Positions 19,877-29,718 are shown, numbered from the stretch's first letter. The stretch is DNA of 64,000 bases from Candidatus Bathyarchaeia archaeon (GCA_050014495.1 JBEKDF010000011.1:1-64000), one strand, 5' to 3'. The notes: generated by a model from the sequence alone, not told the origin. A program made the numbers and translations.

Positions 19877-21115
19877 TTAAATTTCTCTCTCCAACTTCAA
19901 GGACTCAGGCACAGTAATCAAAACTGCCCCAGCGATGATCGTTGACGCAACTAAAAGTAACAGAACCGAGAGGGGACTCACCGCACCCCAGATGAAACCT
20001 GCCGTGATAGGTACAATAATCCCGACAAAACCTCCAAATAACCCCAAAAGGCCACCCCAACTACCGAGGAGGCTGATGGGTACGATCTCCGCCCTAATGG
20101 CGTTTCCCGTCACCGAACCTAAGACGTAGAATCCTTGGAACACCCCCGCAGCGATCAACATTAAGGAGTTACCCACAGGTGCAGTAGCTAGAAGCACTAG
20201 CGATAGACAGTAAAGTGGTATACATAGGTAGATCACCTTCTTCCTCCCAAAACGATCTGCCAGCTTACCACTCGGAATCGAGAGAATAAGCGGGACTAGT
20301 AGCGCCGCTGTCGCCATCCCTCCAAGGGTGAAGGCATCTGCATTTTTTACCTGAGCCGCATAGAGTGGGATGTAGATGACATTTAGATAGAAAGGAACCA
20401 TGAAGATGCTCTGATATAGAAGGAACCTCTTCACCGCGACACCCTTCTCCAGCACCTCCTTCAACCCCTCCAGCAGCCCCAACCCTTCTTTTGGAGCAGC
20501 TCTCTTGCTTGGGTTCGTGAACTTCCAGGCTACTAATATTAACTCCAAAATCAAGACTCCGAACTGGACGAAGAATATTGGCCTGATTCCCTCCGCTGTC
20601 ATTCCACCCGATGTAGCGATCACCGCGGCTCCCACAATTGGGGCAATTATCCCGGAAATGGATGCTAAACTATCACAGACCTGCATCCCAACGGCCCTGT
20701 CCTGGTTGATTAGCGAACTCCCACACACAACCGGACAGGAAGTCTGGTTCACCCTCGAAGCCAGAATGAAGATGAACATCGCCGGTATCGTGTATACCCA
20801 ATTGACTGCAAGGCCAAAGAGTAGCGCACCCACCGCCATGAAGATAGTGCCGAAATAGAACGTCTTCTTCAAACCATACCTGTCTATGGCCCAACCCGAT
20901 GGAAGAGCCGTGAGAGTCGAACCCACATTCGCAAGACTGTTCACGAGCCCAACCTGAACAGAGTTCGCTCCCAGCGCGATCAGGTAGATCGACTGATACT
21001 GTTGAACAAGAGTGTTAGAGAAGTTCTCAATTGATCTACGCAGCATGTTAACTGTAAAAGCCTTCTCCTGCCTCCTCAGAAACTGGACGCTACTAGAGAT
21101 CAGACCCTCACCCAT
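19877..21115 (-). CDS. MFS transporter
   Basis: GWAIDRYGLKK and GKLADRFGRKK motifs, about 12 TM. Confidence 0.9.
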   Translation of the reverse strand: MGEGLISSSVQFLRRQEKAFTVNMLRRSIENFSNTLVQQYQSIYLIALGANSVQVGLVNSLANVGSTLTALPSGWAIDRYGLKKTFYFGTIFMAVGALLFGLAVNWVYTIPAMFIFILASRVNQTSCPVVCGSSLINQDRAVGMQVCDSLASISGIIAPIVGAAVIATSGGMTAEGIRPIFFVQFGVLILELILVAWKFTNPSKRAAPKEGLGLLEGLKEVLEKGVAVKRFLLYQSIFMVPFYLNVIYIPLYAAQVKNADAFTLGGMATAALLVPLILSIPSGKLADRFGRKKVIYLCIPLYCLSLVLLATAPVGNSLMLIAAGVFQGFYVLGSVTGNAIRAEIVPISLLGSWGGLLGLFGGFVGIIVPITAGFIWGAVSPLSVLLLLVASTIIAGAVLITVPESLKLEREI

Positions 21116-21280
21116 TTTACATCAGCTTCAGCTAGTACCCACACGTAGCAATACCAGCAACCAACACAAGCAACGTATATAATCTTCACCCTCAGTGAGG
21201 ACATGTTAGACTTCCAATTCGACTTTTATACCTTATATCTAATGTAGGCCAAACACTACCTCAATCGCTAATCCAATAAA

Positions 21281-21360
21281 ATGCGCGCGCACGCGAGCTC
21301 TGTAAAAATTAGTAACAAATGATACTCTATTCAAAATTCTGCGCGCGCACGGCCCTGTAA
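21281..21360 (+). repeat. imperfect direct repeat TGCGCGCGCACG...CTGTAA (two copies about 58 bp apart)
   Basis: Copies at 21282-21305 and 21340-21360. Confidence 0.6.
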
Positions 21361-21565
21361 TACCTTGATCTAAGGTATATAATGCGGTGGCGAACGGTGA
21401 GTATGCACGAGAATTCTGACTAGAATAGCCAACTCTCGAGACAATCGATCGCTACACGAGCGTTGACGAGTAAATAACCTTGAAGCAACCTGAACTATAA
21501 GTAAAAACCTTCAAAGAGACAGTTCGACAAGCGTTTCTAAACTGATCATAAACTTGAATTCTATT

Positions 21566-21587
21566 AGGTTGTTTCAAATTACAACCT
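21566..21587. promoter_or_regulatory. inverted repeat AGGTTGT-N8-ACAACCT, candidate operator
   Basis: Perfect 7-bp arms about 95 bp upstream of the ORF at 21681. Confidence 0.4.
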
Positions 21588-21680
21588 CAGAGTGTATCAT
21601 AGTCTACAGGTGATTTGGAGAGTTTAAATGTGCAATAAATTTAATAACTCATATAATCACGCTTATTACAGGTGAAAAAA

Positions 21681-21932
21681 ATGAGTGATATACCATTCAA
21701 ATTGGTAGATGTTGAAAAAAAGCCTTCTAGGAAGTATAGAAAGGGTAGCAAATATGACCCCATCATCGATAGATTCGTCGGTGGTAAGTCCAGCCTAGTG
21801 AAGGTTGAGGTCACAGGTAAGGATGCAAACTACCTGAGGACTCAATTAAAGAAGAGAATCGATGCCCGAGACCTGAACGCTAAGATTGAGGTCTCCGTAG
21901 TAAATAACGTTGCCTACCTTGAGAAGATGTAG
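21681..21932 (+). CDS. small basic hypothetical protein (candidate nucleic-acid-binding)
   Basis: KKPSRKYRKGSKYDPII...YLRTQLKKRI; AGGTGA SD-like sequence upstream. Confidence 0.75.
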   Translation: MSDIPFKLVDVEKKPSRKYRKGSKYDPIIDRFVGGKSSLVKVEVTGKDANYLRTQLKKRIDARDLNAKIEVSVVNNVAYLEKM

Positions 21933-22081
21933 GAATTTCTGATCACCGTTTATTGTTACCTTTTTGATAGAGATAACTATAGATGACATCATCATTAATT
22001 TAAAACAATCAGATAGCCATTAACTCTATTGACGAAGACTTATCCTATCCCAGGTTGCAATCGCGTGCGATGCGATAGAAT

Positions 22082-22315
22082 CTACTTGAGGAGCAGAGCT
22101 ATCTGCTCGTCCGTCGCGCCCTTCTCTATCTGAATCTTCTCCTCAAGTGGCTTTAGGTGGTTGACGTTCACCCTGCGGCGGCGGACACCCGATACACTCT
22201 TTGGCCCCGTCACCAATGCGAAGTTCTTATCCATCAGGTCGATTATCACGCAGTGCTTACCCGCATCCCTGCCCGAAGTTTTAACGCAGACCCTACCGAT
22301 TTCAAATGCTGGCAT
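22082..22315 (-). CDS. rpl14e: 50S ribosomal protein L14e
   Basis: EIGRVCVKTSGRDAGKHCVIID...GVRRRRVNVNHL. Confidence 0.95.
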   Translation of the reverse strand: MPAFEIGRVCVKTSGRDAGKHCVIIDLMDKNFALVTGPKSVSGVRRRRVNVNHLKPLEEKIQIEKGATDEQIALLLK

Positions 22316-22320
22316 AATAC

Positions 22321-22866
22321 TCATCTTTCGCCAATGTATGCTTCAACCACGTTCTTAAGGATATTCGCAACACCATCCACATCAGCGATAGCAGTGTTTA
22401 ATACGATATCATATATGGAGAGGTCTTTGAGGTCGTACCCATAGTAGCGTCGAAACCTCTCATCCTCCACTTTCTCACGGTGCCTAGTCTCCTCCTCCAC
22501 CTCCGAAATACTTCGCTTCTCCCTCTCCGCAATACGCCTCACACGAACATCAAGAGGAGCCGTGAGGTAGATGCGTATGTCAGGATCTACAGCGACCAAT
22601 CCAGATAGCGTGGCGTCGAGTACGGCGCCACCTCTTCTAGTTTCTAGTCTAGCGCGATCGTCGAGGAACCTGTCTAGGGTGTCATCGGAGGCTGCGATCT
22701 TCGACAATTCGCTGAGGGAGACCCCGAGCTGCTGTGCCCTCTCCCTGAAGAGCGTCCCCGTGGAGATGTATCTAAGGTTGAAGGTTTCAGCTAATTTCAT
22801 GGCTTGCGCGGTTCTGCCGGAGCCGTGGGGCCCCGCGACGGTTATGACTAGTCCACGCTTACTCAT
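22321..22866 (-). CDS. cmk: cytidylate kinase (archaeal type)
   Basis: GPHGSGRT P-loop, RIAERE, RYYGYD; adjacent to L14e. Confidence 0.85.
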   Translation of the reverse strand: MSKRGLVITVAGPHGSGRTAQAMKLAETFNLRYISTGTLFRERAQQLGVSLSELSKIAASDDTLDRFLDDRARLETRRGGAVLDATLSGLVAVDPDIRIYLTAPLDVRVRRIAEREKRSISEVEEETRHREKVEDERFRRYYGYDLKDLSIYDIVLNTAIADVDGVANILKNVVEAYIGER

Positions 22867-23377
22867 CCTTAACATTCCTCTCCTCGGGGTCGATCTCAAA
22901 TGTGAGGCCGAGGAGGCGGCTGATAATTATACTTGCAGAGAAGCTACAGAGAAGGTACCAGTTTGCCACGCTCAGATCCAAGGGTATGAATGGGAACTGG
23001 AACGGGAAGTAAGCGATTATAATATTGCCGAAGAAGCTGCCGAGGAGTTGCCAGATGAGTAAGAATGGAATCATGAAGAAAAGGCTGATTTTCATTCTAT
23101 CCATGCTCATCTTACTCTGTTGCCCCATTACTTCCTGCTGCTTCTTCTGCGCCTTATCGATGGCCCTCTGGTTCCCAGTCTTCGCCGCCTCCATCATCTG
23201 ATGCTGGGCCTTAGCGCTTTCAAGCATCATCTTCCTGTAAGCCTTTAGGTCTGTCATTCTAGCGTTTACGAAGCTGGTGAGGAGGCCAAGTGCAACGGCT
23301 ATGCCTAGGATTGCGTATGTGGCAAAAGGCGGGGTTTTGAGGAAGTCTAACCCCTGTGAGACTAAGGCGGGCAGCAT
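22859..23377 (-). CDS. EMC3/TMCO1 (DUF106, Oxa1 superfamily) membrane protein
   Basis: TM-coiled coil-TM layout, WYLLCSF motif, synteny with cmk. Confidence 0.88.
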   Translation of the reverse strand: MLPALVSQGLDFLKTPPFATYAILGIAVALGLLTSFVNARMTDLKAYRKMMLESAKAQHQMMEAAKTGNQRAIDKAQKKQQEVMGQQSKMSMDRMKISLFFMIPFLLIWQLLGSFFGNIIIAYFPFQFPFIPLDLSVANWYLLCSFSASIIISRLLGLTFEIDPEERNVKDE

Positions 23378-23424
23378 CTTCGATCCTTACCCGCCTATCT
23401 GCACCCTAGGGATAAAAACTGTTC

Positions 23425-24963
23425 TTATTCTGCGATGAGTTGGCAGAGCCTCCGCCAACTGAGGCAGATCGTCTTCGGGTGAGCCGCCTTCGCCTCATCT
23501 ATCTTCCCAACCACAGTGTTGACCGGCGCTTTAAGCACCTCCTGTGGGTTCGTGTAGGCCATCTCACAGGTCTTCTTCACGACCTCTATGAAGTCATTGA
23601 GAACCTCAATGGGCTCCGTCTCCGTGGGCTCCACCATTAGCGCCTCTGGCACTATCTGTGGGAAGTAGATCGTGGGAGCGTGTAGTCCGTGGTCGAGAAG
23701 GTTCTTCGCAACATTAAGTGCCCTCACCTTCGTGTCTTCACTCAGCTTCTGGGCACTGAGCACTACCTCATGCATCCTCGGCTTCTCGGGGGCGAATGGT
23801 AGACTGAGCCCTTTTGTGTCCTTGAGCTTCCGCGCTATGTAATTGGCGTTGAGGACACTGAGCTCAGAAGCCTCCCTAAGACCCTCCGGGCCCATCGTGA
23901 TCATGTAAGCGTAAGCCTTGAGCATTACATTTACATTACCGTAGTATCCATGGACCTTACCTATACTCATCGGCTTATTGTATTCAAGGGTGTACTTGCC
24001 TTCCTTGAAAACGATGTCAGGGACTGGGAGATACTTAGCGAGAATCGCCTTGCAGCCTACTGGGCCGCTACCAGGGCCACCACCGCCATGTGGAGTGCTG
24101 AAGGTCTTGTGTAAGTTGACATGGACGACGTCGAAACCCATGTCTCCAGGGCGACACTTACCCATGATTGCGTTGAGGTTTGCTCCGTCGTAGTACATCA
24201 GGCCTCCTGCCTCGTGTACGATGTCAGCTATCTCCGCGATCTGGTGGTCGAAGATGCCGAGCGTGTTGGGATTCGTTAACATAAGCCCCGCCGTCTGGGG
24301 ACCGACTACCGCTCTCAGTGCCTCGAGGTTAATACAGCCGTCTGGTCCGCTGGGTACCTCAACTATCTTGAAGCCTCCCATTGCAGCGCTGGCTGGGTTC
24401 GTGCCATGGGCGCTATCTGGGATAATTATCTCTGTGCGTTTCGCCAAATCGCCACGATCCTGATGATAGGCACGGATGAGCATGATGCCTGTCCATTCGC
24501 CGTGGGCTCCTGCCGCTGGCTGGAGGGTTGCGTCGTCCATCCCCGTCACAGCGAGGTAGCCCTGCTTTAGCTTGTATAGGAATTCAAGAATACCCTGGAC
24601 TGTGGAGGAGTCCTGGTCTGGATGAGCACCAATTAGGTCAGGGTGGCTAGCCAGTACCTCATTAATTATCGGGTTGTACTTCATTGTACAGCTACCGAGT
24701 GGATAGATGAGGCCGGAGTTTACGCCATAGTTCATCTGGCTCAGGTGTATGAAATGTCTTAGAACCTCTACCTCACTGACTTCGGGTAACCCCGGGGGAG
24801 TCTCACGCGCTATTCCCTGAGGAATGAGCCACTCGACGTTGACTTCATCTCTTATCTCCTCCTCTGCCTCGGGCGGGTGGAAACCATACCTGCCTTTGTG
24901 GCTGAGCTCAAAGATTAGGGGTTCATCCCAGTCAGCTTGCCTAAACTTGCGTACAGTCATCAC
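23425..24963 (-). CDS. gcvPB: glycine dehydrogenase (decarboxylating) subunit 2
   Basis: YPLGSCTMKYNP, QPAAGAHGE, NLHKTFSTPHGGGGPG. Confidence 0.96.
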   Translation of the reverse strand: MMTVRKFRQADWDEPLIFELSHKGRYGFHPPEAEEEIRDEVNVEWLIPQGIARETPPGLPEVSEVEVLRHFIHLSQMNYGVNSGLIYPLGSCTMKYNPIINEVLASHPDLIGAHPDQDSSTVQGILEFLYKLKQGYLAVTGMDDATLQPAAGAHGEWTGIMLIRAYHQDRGDLAKRTEIIIPDSAHGTNPASAAMGGFKIVEVPSGPDGCINLEALRAVVGPQTAGLMLTNPNTLGIFDHQIAEIADIVHEAGGLMYYDGANLNAIMGKCRPGDMGFDVVHVNLHKTFSTPHGGGGPGSGPVGCKAILAKYLPVPDIVFKEGKYTLEYNKPMSIGKVHGYYGNVNVMLKAYAYMITMGPEGLREASELSVLNANYIARKLKDTKGLSLPFAPEKPRMHEVVLSAQKLSEDTKVRALNVAKNLLDHGLHAPTIYFPQIVPEALMVEPTETEPIEVLNDFIEVVKKTCEMAYTNPQEVLKAPVNTVVGKIDEAKAAHPKTICLSWRRLCQLIAE

Positions 24964-26339
24964 TGGGTCGCCTCCTTGAGCGCAGTCACTAGACCATCTA
25001 TATCCTTCTTGGTGTGCATCTCAGTGACGCAATAGAGGGCTGACTCTCCTAGTTCAGGGAACTCACCCTTGAGGGGCTTTCCTCCTTGATAACCGTGTGT
25101 TAGAAGCACTTTATTGATATCTGCTGCTCTCCCATTAGCATACCTGACGGTGAACTCCTTAAAGTGGTAAGAGTTATAGATTGGCGCCTTTACACCATCG
25201 AGATCATTTATTCTACGTATAGCGTAGTGTGCTCTACTTGTACAAGTTTCCGCGAGGTCCCTTAGACCATTAGGGCCAAGGAGGCTGAGGTAAGCCGCTC
25301 CCGCGACGCTGCAGAGGGCCTCATTACTACAGATGTTACTCGTCGCCTTCTCCCGTCGAATGTGTTGCTCGCGGGTCTGAAGGGTCATGACAAAAGCACG
25401 GCGCTTATCGGCGATGGTCTCAGTAACACCTATGATACGACCTGGCATCTGACGGATTATAGCGTTATCATGGTTACAAGCGAAGATGCCGAGGAGGGGA
25501 CCTCCGAAGCTCATATGGTTACCTAGGGGTTGCCCCTCTCCCACAACTACGTCGGCACCATAGCTGCCCGGAGCCCTAAGGATCCCGAGACTGATCGGGT
25601 CGACGCCTGCGATGTAGAGTGCCTTCTTCTCGTGGGCTATCTCTCCGATGGCCTCGACGTTATCTTCAGCGAAGCCGAGGTAGCTAGGTGTCTCGATGTA
25701 GACCGCAGAGGTGTTATCCTTGACCTTTTCCTTAAGATCCTCTAGATCTATCATACCCGTCTCGGAGTCGATATTGATCTTCACAATATTCATGCCAACC
25801 GGGCTAGTATAGGTTTTGAGGACAGCTAGGCGGCTTGGACTAATGTGAGTGGGGACAAGGATCGTTTCTCTATGATTGAGCCTACTTGCCAGTAATGCGG
25901 CCTCGCCTAAGGCGCTCGACCAGTCATACATGCTTGCGTTCGCAACAGCCATCTCGACTAATTCGCAGACGAGGCTCTGATACTCAAAGATGCTTTGAAG
26001 TATACCCTGACTTATCTCAGGCTGGTATGGTGTGTAGCTTGTTAGGAACTCGGCTCGATGGACAACCTCATCAACGACACTGGGAACATAGTGGGGCCAT
26101 ACTCCTCCACCAAGGAAAGGTGGACATTTTAGGTGCATGTTCCTCTCGAGCGTGTCCGAGACAATCCTCTTGACCTCCTGCTCCGTGTAGGGGCCAGGGA
26201 CCTGTAGTTCGCCCTTAAATCTGAGCTTCTCCGGTATGTTGACGTATAGGTCGTCGATGGATTCGACTCCTATATCATCCATCATCTTCTCCTTGATCTC
26301 GGGTACACTATTAGGTAGGTATGGGTGGGCTCTGCTCAT
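24960..26339 (-). CDS. gcvPA: glycine dehydrogenase (decarboxylating) subunit 1
   Basis: YTPYQPEISQG, NASMYD, REQHIRREKATSNICSN. Confidence 0.96.
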   Translation of the reverse strand: MSRAHPYLPNSVPEIKEKMMDDIGVESIDDLYVNIPEKLRFKGELQVPGPYTEQEVKRIVSDTLERNMHLKCPPFLGGGVWPHYVPSVVDEVVHRAEFLTSYTPYQPEISQGILQSIFEYQSLVCELVEMAVANASMYDWSSALGEAALLASRLNHRETILVPTHISPSRLAVLKTYTSPVGMNIVKINIDSETGMIDLEDLKEKVKDNTSAVYIETPSYLGFAEDNVEAIGEIAHEKKALYIAGVDPISLGILRAPGSYGADVVVGEGQPLGNHMSFGGPLLGIFACNHDNAIIRQMPGRIIGVTETIADKRRAFVMTLQTREQHIRREKATSNICSNEALCSVAGAAYLSLLGPNGLRDLAETCTSRAHYAIRRINDLDGVKAPIYNSYHFKEFTVRYANGRAADINKVLLTHGYQGGKPLKGEFPELGESALYCVTEMHTKKDIDGLVTALKEATQ

Positions 26340-26524
26340 TAGTTTGCCTCCGTGTTGGTGTCTCTGTTGGCGGTTCGGGGATTTAACCGCTTACTCATGC
26401 AAAGGCGCTGACTGAGTGGCCTACGCCAACACCAGATGTGAAAAAATATTCGTTAGAATATACAGAGGTGCAGTGCTGTATTTTTATATGCCTCGGCGCA
26501 ATCTCCGGGGGAGAGGCAACTGGG

Positions 26525-26728
26525 TTGCACAAGGTCACAATCGACTACGGGAAATGTGCATATTGCAAGACTTGCGTAAGCATCTGCCCTTGGGGAGTCT
26601 ACGAGGATACGGGAGACCGGGTAGAGGTAGCGCACATGAAGGAATGCGTATGCTGTATGAGCTGTGTTGCACCCTGCCCAACCGACGCCATAACAGTCGA
26701 AGAAGACCCCGACTACCTCAATAAGTAA
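26525..26728 (+). CDS. 2x[4Fe-4S] ferredoxin
   Basis: CAYCKTCVSICP and CVCCMSCVAPCP; start taken at TTG 26525. Confidence 0.88.
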   Translation: MHKVTIDYGKCAYCKTCVSICPWGVYEDTGDRVEVAHMKECVCCMSCVAPCPTDAITVEEDPDYLNK

Positions 26729-26810
26729 CCTCAAATCGTGCGCCTCAATAACCCAGAAAGTGTGTGAGTAGCCCAGCCAAGCTTAAACACTGATTCGCTA
26801 CTCATCAATC

Positions 26811-27857
26811 ATGGACACCCCACTAGACGACCTTGAGCAAATTGGGCGTGTCGACCCACGCGGGATGCTCGATGTAATTACCACCCTCCCCGAGAGTGCG
26901 GAGGACGCAATAGACTCCGCTGATAAAGTAGATCTCAAACTTAGGCGGTTCAAGAACCTAGTTGTTGCAGGTATGGGGGGCTCCGCCGTCGGCGGCCTCC
27001 TTCTAAGGGACTGGCTGCAGCAGACATCAAGTGTCCCCATAATCGTCTCACGCGACTACTCCCTCCCCGGCTTCGTCAGTAGGGACACCCTCCTCTTCGT
27101 CGTCAGCTACTCGGGCGGCACAGAGGAGACGCTGAGCGCCTTCGAGGAGGGAAAAATAAAGGGAGCTAAAATAGTAGCCTTCACCTCAGGCGGGGAACTG
27201 GAGAAGAGAGCAAAGGCTGCACACATAACTATCTATAAATTACCCCAGGGTTTCCAGCCCCGCGCTGCTATCGCCCACCAGCTCCTTTCCCTCATAGTCG
27301 CAGCAAAGAAAGCCGGCATCGCACAGGACTCCTGGTGGGAGGTGAGAGAAGCCATCGACGTTCTAAAAGCCATGCGCGAGGAGATGCGCCCCGAGACCCC
27401 ACAGTGGTCGAACCCAGCGAAGAAACTCGCAGTCGAACTTCACGGTTATATACCACTAGTCTACGGGAGCCGCATCCACGAGGCCGTCGCTTATAGGTGG
27501 AACACTCAGCTAAATGAAAACGGGAAAAGCCCCGCTGGATCGAGCTTCATTCCTGAGGCATTCCACAACGCCATCGTCGCTGGGGAGGCTGACAAAGAGC
27601 TGCTAGCTAGTGTTTGCGCTGTATTCCTAATCGACTCCGCTGAGGGTGAGCATCTCGCCTCCAAAACACGCCGATTCATGGACATCCTCAAAGCCCGCTT
27701 CGGTAAGGTCCTAGAGGTCCAAACATGTGGGGAGGGGCGCTTAGCCCGCATGCTCAGTGCCCTATACGTCGGCGACTTTGTAAGCGCCTACCTCGGCGTC
27801 CTCTACGGGAGGGACCCGAGCATTGTAGAGTCAATCGACCGACTCAAGCAGGGCTAG
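26811..27857 (+). CDS. bifunctional phosphoglucose/phosphomannose isomerase
   Basis: GMGGS, SYSGGTEET, QLNENGK, PEAFHN. Confidence 0.92.
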   Translation: MDTPLDDLEQIGRVDPRGMLDVITTLPESAEDAIDSADKVDLKLRRFKNLVVAGMGGSAVGGLLLRDWLQQTSSVPIIVSRDYSLPGFVSRDTLLFVVSYSGGTEETLSAFEEGKIKGAKIVAFTSGGELEKRAKAAHITIYKLPQGFQPRAAIAHQLLSLIVAAKKAGIAQDSWWEVREAIDVLKAMREEMRPETPQWSNPAKKLAVELHGYIPLVYGSRIHEAVAYRWNTQLNENGKSPAGSSFIPEAFHNAIVAGEADKELLASVCAVFLIDSAEGEHLASKTRRFMDILKARFGKVLEVQTCGEGRLARMLSALYVGDFVSAYLGVLYGRDPSIVESIDRLKQG

Positions 27858-27896
27858 CCCCTTTTAACCAGCCACATCCGATTATCTCCCGATCAC

Positions 27897-28418
27897 ATGG
27901 TAGTCGAGGTGGATGACTCCGGTTGGGGGGACCTCTTGGGCGGCGCCGTGATAGTGATGCGTAGAGTCGAGACCAACGAAGGGTATGTTGGCGAAGTGCC
28001 CGTCGAGGCATTTCAGGGGCAGTCATTCAAGGCAAAGGCATACCTTCAACACGTCCTCCGAATCGTCAGGGAGGGCGCGGATGCGCTTAACATAGCGAAA
28101 GATGAGCCCATCCACGTCTGCACGGGCTACATCCTATCAGATGTCAGGAAGGCTCTCATCAACGAGGGCTATTATGTTGTCCCCAGCAGGATTACGGGCA
28201 TAACCCAAAAGTTCGCGGAGAATGAGTATGCTAAACACCTCAGCCGCTTGGGATTGGGCACCCCCGACCAGGCGAAGAGACTCCGTGGCTTCGACAGTTT
28301 CCTCTCATGGGTCCTCCGAGACGTTGATAAGCGTGAGCGCCTCGTTAAGACCGGCTGGAAGGCGTGGCCCAGACTCAAGGCAGGAGAAGAAGTTGACCCC
28401 AAGCAGGCGAAGGAGTAG
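27897..28418 (+). CDS. hypothetical protein, possible RNase H-like fold; paralog of 54339-54851
   Basis: VDDSGWGDLLGG start; shared VCxGxIL and VKTG motifs. Confidence 0.7.
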   Translation: MVVEVDDSGWGDLLGGAVIVMRRVETNEGYVGEVPVEAFQGQSFKAKAYLQHVLRIVREGADALNIAKDEPIHVCTGYILSDVRKALINEGYYVVPSRITGITQKFAENEYAKHLSRLGLGTPDQAKRLRGFDSFLSWVLRDVDKRERLVKTGWKAWPRLKAGEEVDPKQAKE

Positions 28419-29235
28419 ACTCTCGATCGCGGTACCCGCATCCCTCGTCTCCGAATACGCGAACCTCAGGGAGAAGACGGAGGTAATAGGGCGTCTTGCG
28501 CGCAGCGCTGCCATCTTCCGCGCCGAGGAGATAGTAATCTACCCTGACCAACCCGACGAATCCGCCCTAATCAAGATCATCCTCGGGTATGTGGAGACCC
28601 CACAATACCTCCGAAAGTACCTCTACAAGGTACGCCCTGAGCTCCAGTTTGCCGGCACACTCCAGCCCCTGCGAACACCCCACCACCAACTCGAGGCTCA
28701 CGCCGACAACCTAATGGTCGGGGAATTCCGTGAGGGTGTCTTACTCGACCAACAAGGCGTCAACGTGGTCGACATCGGTGTTGAGAAGCCAATACGTTTC
28801 ATAGGGAAGTCACCCTCACGAGGGAGCAGAGTCACAGTCAGGGTGCTTACGACTGGCATTGAGCCACGCTGCGAGATGGCGAGGAGGATCGAGATACCAG
28901 TGTACTGGGGCTATGAGATACAGGCATCAAAGAAAAACCTAGGCGAATTGGCCTCAAGCGGGTACTACGACCTTACAATAGCCACTAGTAGAACAGGCTC
29001 GTCCCTTTCCTCTGAGGAGGAGCGCTTGAAATCCAGTTTAGCGGAAGCCCGTAATGTCCTAATCGCATTCGGTAGTCCGCGAGCTGGGTTACAGGAAATT
29101 CTTAAACACGAGCATAGGGAGATCTCGGATTGCTTCCAGTTCAACCTCAATACAATCCCCGAGCAAGGGACAGAGACCATTCGCACCGAGGAAGCGATGC
29201 ATGCTACACTCGCCGTGCTCAACAACCTATTCTAG
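28393..29235 (+). CDS. SPOUT RNA methyltransferase (DUF171 family)
   Basis: SIAVPAS, ETPQYLRK, YWGY, FGSP, NTIPEQGTETIRTEEA. Confidence 0.9.
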   Translation: MTPSRRRSRLSIAVPASLVSEYANLREKTEVIGRLARSAAIFRAEEIVIYPDQPDESALIKIILGYVETPQYLRKYLYKVRPELQFAGTLQPLRTPHHQLEAHADNLMVGEFREGVLLDQQGVNVVDIGVEKPIRFIGKSPSRGSRVTVRVLTTGIEPRCEMARRIEIPVYWGYEIQASKKNLGELASSGYYDLTIATSRTGSSLSSEEERLKSSLAEARNVLIAFGSPRAGLQEILKHEHREISDCFQFNLNTIPEQGTETIRTEEAMHATLAVLNNLF

Positions 29236-29278
29236 CACCAACGTTAAATCCCTCACATTTTTCTTAAAGGTGAAGCCA

Positions 29279-29713
29279 TTGGATGACGCTAGCATCGAGT
29301 CAGAGCTCAAGGGGAAGACGCTCCTCGTCTACATGCACATCCTAAAAGCTGGAAAGGAGACCATCGGCGTCCGTGAAATCCAACGCGCACTAAATTTCAG
29401 CAGCCCCAGCGTCGCTGCTTACCACCTCCAAAAACTCCAGGATCTCGGGCTAGTCGAGAACGCCTATGGAGACTACCACCTCATAAAGGAAGTACGCGTT
29501 GGCGTCCTTCGCAGCTTCGTCAGCTTCGGAGGGTTCATGCTACCTCGTTATCTCTTCTATGCCGTACTCCTCACCTCGATGCTCATTACCTTCCTCGTAA
29601 CCTTCTCATTCATACCAACAAGAGAGTACATCACCACCCTCGTTATGGGCATCGTCCCCGCTGCTATTTTCTGGTACGAGACCGTTAAGATCTGGAGGGA
29701 GAAGCCGAGTTGA
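29279..29713 (+). CDS. winged-HTH regulator with two C-terminal TM helices
   Basis: GVREIQRALNFSSPSVAAYHLQKL then PRYLFYAV hydrophobic segments. Confidence 0.8.
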   Translation: MDDASIESELKGKTLLVYMHILKAGKETIGVREIQRALNFSSPSVAAYHLQKLQDLGLVENAYGDYHLIKEVRVGVLRSFVSFGGFMLPRYLFYAVLLTSMLITFLVTFSFIPTREYITTLVMGIVPAAIFWYETVKIWREKPS

Positions 29714-29718
29714 TCACT

